From a virus (taxonomy: Duplodnaviria; Caudoviricetes): a stretch of DNA of 45,153 nucleotides. The number at the start of each line of letters is the position of its first letter. Position 1 is the stretch's first letter. The notes below the pieces were generated by a model, which was not told where the DNA came from, did no database searches, and saw nothing but the letters and a program-made list of their open reading frames with translations. Both the position numbers and the translations under genes were made by a program. Positions 1 through 8,924 of the stretch are shown here, piece by piece. The stretch lies in IMG/VR virus record IMGVR_UViG_3300032373_000030, positions 1 to 45,153 of that record. The stretch is one strand, 5' to 3'.

Positions 1-127
1 GCGATTGACCGTGGGCTGACGACGCTGTTCCACCCGGCGTACCACGGGACGCCGCACCGCTTCGACGAGTTCTCGCTGCACGCGATTGGCACGGGCGAGG
101 GGGCGCAGGCGTACGGGTGGGGGCTGT
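1..127. repeat. Terminal direct repeat, copy 1 (circular assembly overlap)
   Basis: Bases 1-127 are identical to 45027-45153. The repeat lies inside a continuous ORF, and 127 is a common assembler k-mer length. Confidence 0.95.
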
Positions 128-3100
128 ACTTCGCGGAAAGCAGGGGGATTGCGGAGTACTACAAGCGGGCGTTGAGCGGGCAGGACGATTCGGTCGTGTT
201 GCTCGGAAACGGCCAGCAATGGGGCAGCCCCAACATCCCCGACGGCGGCGCAGACCGCCTGTTCCATCAGCGTTACAGCGTCGGTCGCGAGATCGCGCAG
301 CGTGCTCGGCAGTACGATGAGAGCGCGCAAGTAGCAGCCGCGAAGATCGCAGCCGGGCTGCTTGAGATGGCCGACGCCCGCCGCGGGTCCGAAGAGCGCC
401 GGGTTGCGGAAGTACTGGCCGCTGGAGGCGACGAGCAGTCCGCCGAAAACGTGCGGCGCGTGGGTCGCGATCAAGAGCAGTCATGGCGCGAGCAGGCCCA
501 ACTTGCCGAAGAGATCGCCAACGATCCGAAGGCGCGCGTGGGCGACCCCGGCGCGCTCTACGAGGTGGACCTGGCCCCGGAGCAGGACGAGTACCTGGAC
601 TGGGACAAGCCGCTTCTGGACCAATCCGCGAAGGTGCGCGATGCCGTCGGCAAACTGCTGGCGGTTGACTCCACGCTGCTGCTGCCCGGCGAGTCTGGAA
701 GCAAGCTCTACGGCCGTCTTGTGGATCGAGTGCGAGCTGAGCTGGCCGAACACCGCGACGGTGACCGCGCCGACCTGCCTTCAACCCAATGGCAGGAGTT
801 CGCCGGGGTCTGGGGCGATGACTTCTTGACCGCGGAGGAAGTCTCCAGCAAGGCCCTCGCGGCGGCCGGCATCCCGGGGATAAAGTACCTCGACGGGCAG
901 AGTCGCAACCGCCCGCTGCGCGACATCAAGCAAGCGTTCCTGGAGGCGCTACCCGAAGACGCAACCCCGGACGACATGGTCGACGCCGACCCGGGCACGT
1001 TCACCGCGTCGCAAGAATCCGTACTGGCTGCCCTGGAGGGCGACGACTGGCTCGGGTTCAACTCAGTGGCGCAGGCCATCAGCGCGGCGCTTGGCTCCGA
1101 CATCGACAACTTCGATGCGTCCGACACGTTGCGCGATGCGGTCAAGGCGCTCAAGGCGGACACCGATCAGTCATCCAACTACGTGATCTTCGACGACCGG
1201 CTCGTGAGCATCACGGCTGTCGACGGCGTGCCGGTGAAGTCCGACACGATCACGGTGGACGGGGTGGAGCGTCCGACGCTGAACAGCGAAGGGAACCCGA
1301 TCCACTCGACCGAGGAGGGGGTGCGGAACTTCTGGCGGTGGTTCGGTGACTCGGAGATCGTGGACGATGACGGGCGGCCGTTGGTGGTGTACCGAGGCCG
1401 CCTCCCGGACTCACCGCCCGACACGCTGCGCACGCCGGTCGCCTACTTCGCCTTCGACCGAGACGGCGCACTCGGCTACGCCGACGAGCTCGCGCCCTAC
1501 GACGAATCCCTGGTGCTCGCGGCCTACGTGCGCGCTTCGCGTGTCGCCACTGAGGCGGATGTGCGCCGTATCGCGGAGAGTGCGGGCCTCGATCTGCCGT
1601 TCGGCGAGGACTACGCCACCGCGTACCTGGAACAGCAGCCGGACCTCGCCGATGCGCTGCGCGCCGAGGGCTTCGACGCAGCCCGCGGTTTGGATGGAAG
1701 GCCGGACACGCTGGAGGACATCGAATCACTCGGCGTCTTGGACCCGAACGCCCAAGTAAAGGCCATCGGCAACAGCGGGGCGTTCGACACGGGCAGCGCG
1801 AGCATCCTGTTCCAGACCGAGGCGCTGCCGGCGACGCTCGAGGTGGACGGTGTGGAGCGTCCGACGCTGAACAGCGAGGGCCAGCAGATCCACCCTACCG
1901 AGGAGGGCGTGCGCGCGTTCTGGCGGTGGTTCGGCGACAGCAAGGTGGTGGACGGGGATGGGCGGCCGTTGGTGGTTTATCACGGGACATCCACGCCGAG
2001 GACTTACGAGGAGTTCCGCAGCGGGCGCTCTGTTCAAGGCGCGGGCATCTTCTTCGCCGAAGACCTCGGCGTGGCCGAGGAGTTCGCTCACGACCTCCGC
2101 GACAACCGCGCGCCGAGGATCTTCCCGGTGTACCTGCGTGCGACCGACCCTGCCGACATGCAGGTGCTCGGGCTCGACACCGAGGAGGGCGCACCGGCTG
2201 GATCCGACGCTCGCGTCTGGGCTGCCACAGTTCCGTTTGGAGAGCCACAGGATGTGACCGTCGGCCGACACGACTGGAAGGCGCCGGCTTCTGAGCGCGA
2301 CAAGGCCATGCCGCACACTAAGTTTATTGGCGAGCGCGTCTGGTCCGTCACCGACCCCACCCAGATCAAGTCCGCCATCGGCAACAGCGGGGCGTTCGAC
2401 CCGGGCGACCGGAGCATCCTGCACGCCCCGGGCAAGCGCGGCGCGGTCGAGTTCGGCCCGCCTGGCGAGCAGCGACCGTTCGACGTGCAGTTCTACTCGC
2501 GGGCAAACCGGGCTACTTGGTTCCACGAGATGGGCCACGTCTTCCTGGAGATCCTTGGCGACCTCGCCACGGCCGACGACGCGCCAGCGCAGATCCGCGA
2601 CGACTACGCGGCGGCGCTCAAGTGGATGGGCGTGGAGTCGCGCGATGCTCTAGAGACCGAGCAGCACGAGAAGTTCGCGCGCGGCTTCGAAGCGTACATC
2701 CGCGAGGGCAAGGCGCCCAGCCAGGCGCTGCGCCGGATCTTCGCCGCGTTCAAGGACTGGATGGTGCGGCTGTACCGGGATCTGCGCGGGCTCAACGTCG
2801 AGTTGTCGGACGACGTGCGCGGCGTCATGGACCGCATCCTTGCGACTGACGACCAGATCGCCGAGGCGCAGTACGACGTGGGTGCGCCGAGTCTGCCCGC
2901 CGAGGCCGTGCCCGACGACGAGCGCGCCGAGTACATGAGCATGGCCCGCGAGGCGCGCGACGAGGCCGAAGCCGACCTCGCGCACCAGGAGTTCAAGAGC
3001 CTCGCGGCGCAGCGCAAGGCCGAGCGCGGCAAGGTCATGGAGGCGCTGGTGCGTCGCGCCAGCCGGGCGTTCGACGAGAGCCCTGGGGCTGTCGCCGTCG

Positions 3101-6100
3101 AGTTGCTGACCGAAGACGACGCGCCCAAGATCGACCCGGCTTCCGTGGGCGATGAGGGGCAGCACGCTATCCTTGGCAAGTTGGGCCTGCTGGGTGACGA
3201 CGGGCTGACGATGCAGGACATGGCCGAGCAGTTCGGGTTCGACTCGGGCGATGCCTTCGTCAAGGCGGTAGAGCCGGTGCTGACGCGCGACGAGCGTGTG
3301 GAGCGTGCGGCGCGGGCGATTCTCCGCAAGGAGCACCCCGAACTGCTGGACACGCGCAGCATCCGCGTGCTGGCCCGTAAGGCGGTCGCGAACGAGAAGC
3401 GTGCGAAGCTGCTGGAGCGTGAGCACAAGATCCTGCTTCGGCGAGCGACACAGGCGGGCGTTGAGGCTGGCGCGGTCGTGGCCGGTCGGCGCCGCGATCA
3501 AGCGGCCCGCCGCGACTTCGGCCGGATGCACGAGACCGTCGCCGAGTTGAAGGCGCGCGCCAAGGCGATGATCGGTAACACGCGGCGGGCGGACCTGCGG
3601 CCGAGCGCGTTCCTGGCCGCCGCCAAGCGCGAGAGCGCCCGTGCTGCAGCGCACGTCCGCGCTGACCGCTGGGCGGAAGCCGCCAAGGCCAAGCGTCGCG
3701 AGCGGATGAACCACGAACTGTACCGCGAGGCGATGCGACGCGCCGAACAGTCCGGCAAGGACGAGCGACGCTTGCGCACGGTCGGCAAGAAGACGTACCG
3801 CGAGCGCGTCACCAAGGGTGGCGGGCGCGGCTTCCGCGACCAGATCGACTACGTCCTTGACCGCTTCGGCATCGCCAGGCACGGCGAGCCCGTCGAGAAG
3901 ACCAAGAGCCTCGAGGACTTCCTGGTCGAACTCGAACTGGCTGGCAACCCGCTGGCCGCCCCCGCGTGGGTCGTGAACGAGGCCGTACGCGCGAAGACGC
4001 GCGACCTGACGCCGGACCAGCTGCACGATCTCCGCAGCCTCGTGGACGGCATGTACAAGGTTGCGCGGGACGCAGACGCAGCACTCACGGGCACGCGCAA
4101 GGCGAGCCGTGCGGCCGAGGCGCAAGAGATCGCGGCGTCCGTGCGGGCCAACCGCGATGAGCGCAAGCGCGAGCCGGGTGCGCCGACGAAGACCGAGCGG
4201 GCGCTGGAGTACCTGGAGGCGTTCTTCGCCGAAGGCACGAAGATCAGCTACTTCGCCCGCATGATGGACGGAGACAAGGACGGCGGCCCGTTCTGGCAGT
4301 ACATCGTCCGGCGCATCAACGAGGCTGTGGACGCGAAGGCCGTCGATCAGCGCAAGGCCATCGAGGCCGTGCAAGCGATGTACGACACGCACTACACGAA
4401 GGCCGAGCGCAAGCGGATGGACACGCGCGAGGACTTCGGCGGCGTTGGGTTGTCGCATCAGGACCGCCTGTCGATCCTCGCGCACCTGGGCAACGCCGAG
4501 GGCCGGCAGCGACTGGCGCAGATCCTGACGCCGGACCAGATGCGGCTCATCATGGCGTCGTACACGTCTGCCGACGTGGCGTGGGTGCGCGACCTCTGGA
4601 AACTGTACGACGGGTACTTCAAGCGGGCCGTGCGGATGCACGAGCGGATCAGCGGCCAGACACCAAAGGCTGTGGAGCACACGCCGTTCGAGCTGCGCTT
4701 GGTGGACGGCGATGTGGCCGAACTGCCCGGCGGGTACATGCCCATCGCGTACGCGGATAGCCGCCCGTACCGCGAGCAGATGCGCGACCTGTGGGCGTCT
4801 GTGAAGTCAGGCGCCGCGGCGTCGTCGATGATCGACATGGGCTTCCTGCAGGAGCGCAAAGCCAAGGTGCACGGGCGCATCCGGCTTGACCAGGGCGTCA
4901 TCACGAAGCACGTCATCGACATCACGCACATGCTCACGCTGCGCGAGGCGGTGTTGGACGTTCAGGCGCTGCTCGGCAGCGAGGCCGTGCATAGCGCGGT
5001 GCAGGACACCTGGGGCAAGACGGTCATGTCCCAGCTGAACGACTGGCTGCGCACGGTCGCGGCGGACAGCGGGTCCGCGACGAACGCGACCGAGAAGGGG
5101 CTGGGCTACCTGCGACGCGCCGCGATCACAGCGACGCTTGGCTTCCGCATGAAGTCGGCCGTCATGCAGCTGTTCGGCTTCCGGCAGACCATTGTGCGCG
5201 TCGGCGGCAAGTACATGGCCAAGGGCATGCGCCGCTGGTTCCTGGACGCCGAGTCGACGTGGAAGGTGCCCGAGTGGGTGCGGTCGAAGTCGGCGTTCAT
5301 GGCTGAGCGCGCCAATGGCACGTATCAGCGCGAGCTCAACGAGATGCGGCTGTCGATGCCCGGGCGCTACCGCACGAGCATGAACCTCTACGCCTTCTGG
5401 ATGCTGACGAAGTTCCAGGGCAGCGTGGACGTGCTGACGTGGCTCGCGCAGTACGAGAAGTCGATGGAGCGCCTGGGTGGCGACCCGGCGAACGAGGCAC
5501 AGGTCATCGCGGAGGCGGACCAGGCTGTCCGCGACGCGCAGGGCGGCGGCCAGATCAACGACCTGTCGTGGTGGGAAGCCGGGCCGCCTGCGCTGCGCCT
5601 GATGACGACCTACTTCACCGAAGCGTCGCTCAAGTTCAATCAGACGCGGCTGTCGCTGTCGCGCACTTCGTGGAAGGACCCGGGTACGTGGCCAGCGTTC
5701 CTTGCCGACATGACGCTGCTGTACTTCTTCGAGGCGGCGGTGGCTGGGGCCATCGTGGCGGCTGGCGGCGGTGACGACGACGACGAACCGGGCGAGGTCA
5801 TGGCGCGCAAGACCGTCGGCGCGGTGCTCGACACCATGCCGATCCTCCGCGAGTTGTCCGGCCCCGCGCAGGGCTGGCGCTACTCCGGCACCGCGGGCCT
5901 GTCGTCCGTGACGAACACGATTCGTGCGCTCGAGCAGATCGGCCAGGGCGAGATCGACGAGGCCCTGTGGAAGTCGATCAACATGGCCGGCGGCTCACTG
6001 TTCAACTACCCCGCGCGCTTCATCAATGACGCCGCGGACAGCATCGACCAGGTGTTCAGCGGCCAAGTGCCGACCGCGCTGGTGGGCATTCGTAAGGAGA

Positions 6101-6108
6101 GCGACTGA
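1..6108 (+). CDS. C-terminal part of the giant internal virion / polyvalent protein: three ART-PolyVal-like modules, a zincin-like HEXXH domain and a large helical C-terminal region. Continues from 42843 across the junction.
   Basis: Frame 1 is open from base 1 and reads AYHGTPHRFDEF..IGTGEGAQAYGWGLYFAE upstream of the track's start at 172. Two further WFGDS..VD.DGRPLVVY(R/H)G modules follow. HEMGH at 2524-2538 is followed by EKFA. The gene follows the tail and internal-virion genes. Confidence 0.85.
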   Translation, partial: AIDRGLTTLFHPAYHGTPHRFDEFSLHAIGTGEGAQAYGWGLYFAESRGIAEYYKRALSGQDDSVVLLGNGQQWGSPNIPDGGADRLFHQRYSVGREIAQRARQYDESAQVAAAKIAAGLLEMADARRGSEERRVAEVLAAGGDEQSAENVRRVGRDQEQSWREQAQLAEEIANDPKARVGDPGALYEVDLAPEQDEYLDWDKPLLDQSAKVRDAVGKLLAVDSTLLLPGESGSKLYGRLVDRVRAELAEHRDGDRADLPSTQWQEFAGVWGDDFLTAEEVSSKALAAAGIPGIKYLDGQSRNRPLRDIKQAFLEALPEDATPDDMVDADPGTFTASQESVLAALEGDDWLGFNSVAQAISAALGSDIDNFDASDTLRDAVKALKADTDQSSNYVIFDDRLVSITAVDGVPVKSDTITVDGVERPTLNSEGNPIHSTEEGVRNFWRWFGDSEIVDDDGRPLVVYRGRLPDSPPDTLRTPVAYFAFDRDGALGYADELAPYDESLVLAAYVRASRVATEADVRRIAESAGLDLPFGEDYATAYLEQQPDLADALRAEGFDAARGLDGRPDTLEDIESLGVLDPNAQVKAIGNSGAFDTGSASILFQTEALPATLEVDGVERPTLNSEGQQIHPTEEGVRAFWRWFGDSKVVDGDGRPLVVYHGTSTPRTYEEFRSGRSVQGAGIFFAEDLGVAEEFAHDLRDNRAPRIFPVYLRATDPADMQVLGLDTEEGAPAGSDARVWAATVPFGEPQDVTVGRHDWKAPASERDKAMPHTKFIGERVWSVTDPTQIKSAIGNSGAFDPGDRSILHAPGKRGAVEFGPPGEQRPFDVQFYSRANRATWFHEMGHVFLEILGDLATADDAPAQIRDDYAAALKWMGVESRDALETEQHEKFARGFEAYIREGKAPSQALRRIFAAFKDWMVRLYRDLRGLNVELSDDVRGVMDRILATDDQIAEAQYDVGAPSLPAEAVPDDERAEYMSMAREARDEAEADLAHQEFKSLAAQRKAERGKVMEALVRRASRAFDESPGAVAVELLTEDDAPKIDPASVGDEGQHAILGKLGLLGDDGLTMQDMAEQFGFDSGDAFVKAVEPVLTRDERVERAARAILRKEHPELLDTRSIRVLARKAVANEKRAKLLEREHKILLRRATQAGVEAGAVVAGRRRDQAARRDFGRMHETVAELKARAKAMIGNTRRADLRPSAFLAAAKRESARAAAHVRADRWAEAAKAKRRERMNHELYREAMRRAEQSGKDERRLRTVGKKTYRERVTKGGGRGFRDQIDYVLDRFGIARHGEPVEKTKSLEDFLVELELAGNPLAAPAWVVNEAVRAKTRDLTPDQLHDLRSLVDGMYKVARDADAALTGTRKASRAAEAQEIAASVRANRDERKREPGAPTKTERALEYLEAFFAEGTKISYFARMMDGDKDGGPFWQYIVRRINEAVDAKAVDQRKAIEAVQAMYDTHYTKAERKRMDTREDFGGVGLSHQDRLSILAHLGNAEGRQRLAQILTPDQMRLIMASYTSADVAWVRDLWKLYDGYFKRAVRMHERISGQTPKAVEHTPFELRLVDGDVAELPGGYMPIAYADSRPYREQMRDLWASVKSGAAASSMIDMGFLQERKAKVHGRIRLDQGVITKHVIDITHMLTLREAVLDVQALLGSEAVHSAVQDTWGKTVMSQLNDWLRTVAADSGSATNATEKGLGYLRRAAITATLGFRMKSAVMQLFGFRQTIVRVGGKYMAKGMRRWFLDAESTWKVPEWVRSKSAFMAERANGTYQRELNEMRLSMPGRYRTSMNLYAFWMLTKFQGSVDVLTWLAQYEKSMERLGGDPANEAQVIAEADQAVRDAQGGGQINDLSWWEAGPPALRLMTTYFTEASLKFNQTRLSLSRTSWKDPGTWPAFLADMTLLYFFEAAVAGAIVAAGGGDDDDEPGEVMARKTVGAVLDTMPILRELSGPAQGWRYSGTAGLSSVTNTIRALEQIGQGEIDEALWKSINMAGGSLFNYPARFINDAADSIDQVFSGQVPTALVGIRKESD
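1254..2421 (+). repeat. Intragenic tandem duplication of ART module flanks
   Basis: 1254-1392 resembles 1842-1980 (offset 588 nt; VDGVERPTLNSEG..IH.TEEGVR.FWRWFGDS..VD.DGRPLVVY). The 27-mer gccatcggcaacagcggggcgttcgac is identical at 1762-1788 and 2374-2400. Confidence 0.9.
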
Positions 6109-7910
6109 TGGGACTGTACGCACGGCTTCAAGCGATCAGCCCCGTTAGCGGGCTGTCCGAGTACCTGCGCAAGCACGCGGCGTCGTGGTGGAGCGACGTG
6201 GACAAGGCGCTGCAGGAGGGCGTCTTCGACGTGACTGCGTGGGGCGCGACGGGTGACGGCACGACGGACGACTACACGGCGATCATGGATGCCTATGCCG
6301 CGCTGGTCGCCGCTGGTGGCAGCGTGCTCCACTTCCCGGGCGGCACGTACGGCGTGGGAACGATGCCGGTGTTCGCCCTCGACGGCATGACGATCACGGG
6401 CGACGGCGACCTGACGGTCATCAAACAGCTGGCCGGCGCGAACCTCGCCGCTGTCGTCCACATCGGAGCAACGGACGGCAGCGAGACGGACGTGCTCAAC
6501 GTCACCGTCAAGGAACTGCTGATCGACGGGAACAAGGCGAACAACTCGGCGTCGACCGTCGGCCTCAAGCTGTGGAACCCGAAGGTGTGCAAGGTCCACC
6601 ACATAGGCGCCTACAACTGCGACGGGCAGGGGTTCTTCTCGGACACGAGCGAGGCGACCGTCAACACGAACGCTGTGCGGAACTTCTATCACCACATCGT
6701 CACGAACAGCAACGACGGGCACGGCTTCCACATGCGTGGGGAGAAGAACACGCAGCCAGACGTGATCCGGTCGTGGGGCAATGGCGGCGACGGGATCGTC
6801 TTCGAAGCCTTCAACTACACGACCACTCCGTTGATCGAGACTACGCAGTGTGTGGCGACGAGCCTGCGCAGTGCGGACAACACCGGGTATGGCCTCGCTC
6901 TGGACGGCGCGGAGAGGTTCGCGATTGCGGGGCTGATCTGCAACGCCAACGGTAAGGCCGGCGTTGGCTTCCGCAACACGAACAGCACTACGGCAGGCCG
7001 TGGGCTGGTGAACGTCCAAGGCGCGGCGTGGAGTCTTCGTAACAACGGCGCGACCGACGGCGTGGCGGGCATCGCGACCGAGGACAACGCCGAAGTCCTG
7101 GGAGTCACGATCTCTGGGCTGCGCATCCAGTCCGCCACGACCATCGCGGTCGAACAAGTCGGCATTGACGCGCGCGGCTGGGGCCGGTGCGTCATCGACG
7201 ACTTCGAGATCAACGGCGTGCCCGGCACGGCCATCAGGCTGCGCGCCGGGACCGACGCAGCGGGCGGGGCCACGCAGACGCGCATCGTGACGATCTCCGA
7301 CGGGCACCTATTCAGTAACGGTGGCGGGGCTGGTGGCACAACGCACGACGGCATCTCCATCGAGGACTCCTCGACAGAGATCAAGCTGATCGGCGTGTCG
7401 AGCCAGAACGGCGATACGAACAGCACCGAGGGCGGCTACGAGTTGGCGGTGGGTGCGAGCGTGACGTTGCTCCAGCTCATAGGCTGCTCGCTCAATGCGA
7501 ACGAGTCTGGCTACGAGACCGACATCAACATCGCAGCGTTGGCCCAGGTCGTTGCTCCGCATGGTTCGGTTTTCCGTGGATCGACGACCTACAAGCCTTC
7601 GCTTGCGCCTGCTGCGTCGGCCAACCAGACACTGACGTTCCCAATCGAAGCTGCCGTGCTCGGGAACATCCTCATCGACGCGAGCGCGGGGGCGATGAGC
7701 GTTGATTCAATCACCGCCATGTCGGCAGGTACTGTGGTGGTGATCTACACGTCCAGCGGTGGCAACCTGACGCTGAACCACAACACGGGTGGTGGTAACC
7801 TGAGGTTGTCGGGTGCGACTGGTGCTGGTGCGAACTGGACAGGCGGCAGCAACAGCGTCATTCGCCTGACGTGCAACGGCAGCAACTGGTACTCGGAGGT
7901 CGCACGATGA
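6108..7910 (+). CDS. Tailspike / right-handed beta-helix depolymerase-like protein
   Basis: FDVTAWGATGDGTTDDYTAI..GGSVLHFPGGTY is the typical pectate_lyase_3-type start. Gly/Asn-rich parallel beta-helix repeats follow (N.GHGF, NGGDGI, NTGYGL). Confidence 0.8.
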   Translation: MGLYARLQAISPVSGLSEYLRKHAASWWSDVDKALQEGVFDVTAWGATGDGTTDDYTAIMDAYAALVAAGGSVLHFPGGTYGVGTMPVFALDGMTITGDGDLTVIKQLAGANLAAVVHIGATDGSETDVLNVTVKELLIDGNKANNSASTVGLKLWNPKVCKVHHIGAYNCDGQGFFSDTSEATVNTNAVRNFYHHIVTNSNDGHGFHMRGEKNTQPDVIRSWGNGGDGIVFEAFNYTTTPLIETTQCVATSLRSADNTGYGLALDGAERFAIAGLICNANGKAGVGFRNTNSTTAGRGLVNVQGAAWSLRNNGATDGVAGIATEDNAEVLGVTISGLRIQSATTIAVEQVGIDARGWGRCVIDDFEINGVPGTAIRLRAGTDAAGGATQTRIVTISDGHLFSNGGGAGGTTHDGISIEDSSTEIKLIGVSSQNGDTNSTEGGYELAVGASVTLLQLIGCSLNANESGYETDINIAALAQVVAPHGSVFRGSTTYKPSLAPAASANQTLTFPIEAAVLGNILIDASAGAMSVDSITAMSAGTVVVIYTSSGGNLTLNHNTGGGNLRLSGATGAGANWTGGSNSVIRLTCNGSNWYSEVAR

Positions 7911-8212
7911 CGAAGGTTCAATGGACGGCGCGAGTGTTGATGTTCGTGGCGATCATGGCGCTGATCTTGTCGGCTGCTGGTTGCGCGCTGCCTTCGGATG
8001 AGCGGGTGCGTGGGCTCGAGGGCGAGATCCGTGCGCTGGCCGATGACGTGGGCGATGCAGCGGATGGGCTTGAGGCGGCGCAGGCCGCGGCTGACGCGGC
8101 GCTGACGCTGCCCGAGGGCGGTGGTGTGCTGGGGCTCGCGCTGGCCGCCCTGCACGCCTGGCGGAACCACACGCGGCGGCGTGACGTGCTGCGGCCGGAG
8201 GCGGGTGCGTGA
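7907..8212 (+). CDS. Lipoprotein with a C-terminal hydrophobic segment; candidate unimolecular spanin
   Basis: ATGA-coupled start with GGAGG upstream. Signal peptide ends LSAAG-C (lipobox-like), followed by an Ala-rich helical middle and C-terminal GGGVLGLALAALHAW then basic residues. Confidence 0.5.
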   Translation: MTKVQWTARVLMFVAIMALILSAAGCALPSDERVRGLEGEIRALADDVGDAADGLEAAQAAADAALTLPEGGGVLGLALAALHAWRNHTRRRDVLRPEAGA

Positions 8213-8544
8213 GCGACGCAGGCGACAAGCCAGAGAGCGGCGTGCTCGTGATCAGCAAGGGCACGGGTATGACAATAGGCGTGGCGATTGCGCTGTGCGC
8301 GCCGCTGCTGTGGGCGGTGCGAGCCGAGGCGAACGTCATGCACGCCATCGAACTCAACCGCCGCGCGAGCGAGCAGAACGCGGACGCCGTGCGTGACTTG
8401 CGCGAGGAGATGCGCGAGGGCTTTGATCAGATTGAGTCACGCACAAGCGACCGGCTAACGCGGACGATGTTCCGCAACTGGCTGGACATGGCGCGCGCCG
8501 TGAACCACGAAGTGGGCGTCGTACTCCCGGAGCTTCCAGATTGA
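8209..8544 (+). CDS. Single-TM membrane protein with coiled coil (holin/spanin-like)
   Basis: GTGA-coupled. Hydrophobic MTIGVAIALCAPLLWAV is followed by a heptad-rich region. Confidence 0.45.
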   Translation: MSDAGDKPESGVLVISKGTGMTIGVAIALCAPLLWAVRAEANVMHAIELNRRASEQNADAVRDLREEMREGFDQIESRTSDRLTRTMFRNWLDMARAVNHEVGVVLPELPD

Positions 8545-8572
8545 ATCCCCGTGCCCTAACCCGTGCTGGACA

Positions 8573-8920
8573 ATGCGTAAGGCGTGGCTAGTCGCCACGC
8601 TCGCTCTGATCTCGCTCTGGGTTGTCGCATGGATCCAGACCGCTCATTCCGATGCCCTGAGCACGGAGCTGCTACGTCGCAGCACGCCAGCGGGCATCAC
8701 TGTTGAGGAGCCAGACATGGCCAGTGTTACGATCCCCTCCTGGGGCTGGAAGGACGAGAACGGCGTGTGCCAGATCATGGGTCCGGTTGTTGTGACACAG
8801 CAGCAGGGCGAGTCGCTGCCAGACTTCGCCGCGCGTGTGCGGGCAACGCGCAACGCGCTGTACGCCGAGTTCCCCCAGGACCCGTCGTGCCCGCAGAACC
8901 CGCCGCTGCCGCAGGACTGA
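8573..8920 (+). CDS. Small membrane-anchored or secreted protein, with a possible second in-frame start at 8717
   Basis: N-terminal hydrophobic helix AWLVATLALISLWVVAWI. An internal GAGGAG (8705-8710) precedes an in-frame ATG at 8717. Confidence 0.5.
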   Translation: MRKAWLVATLALISLWVVAWIQTAHSDALSTELLRRSTPAGITVEEPDMASVTIPSWGWKDENGVCQIMGPVVVTQQQGESLPDFAARVRATRNALYAEFPQDPSCPQNPPLPQD

Positions 8921-8924
8921 GCCC

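Noticed and set aside
2650-4680. Long antisense ORFs (also 28262-30004, 38404-40326, 40765-42858 and 42435-44243)
   Set aside because: These are shadow frames of GC-rich genes with no recognisable motifs, lying opposite well-supported CDSs.
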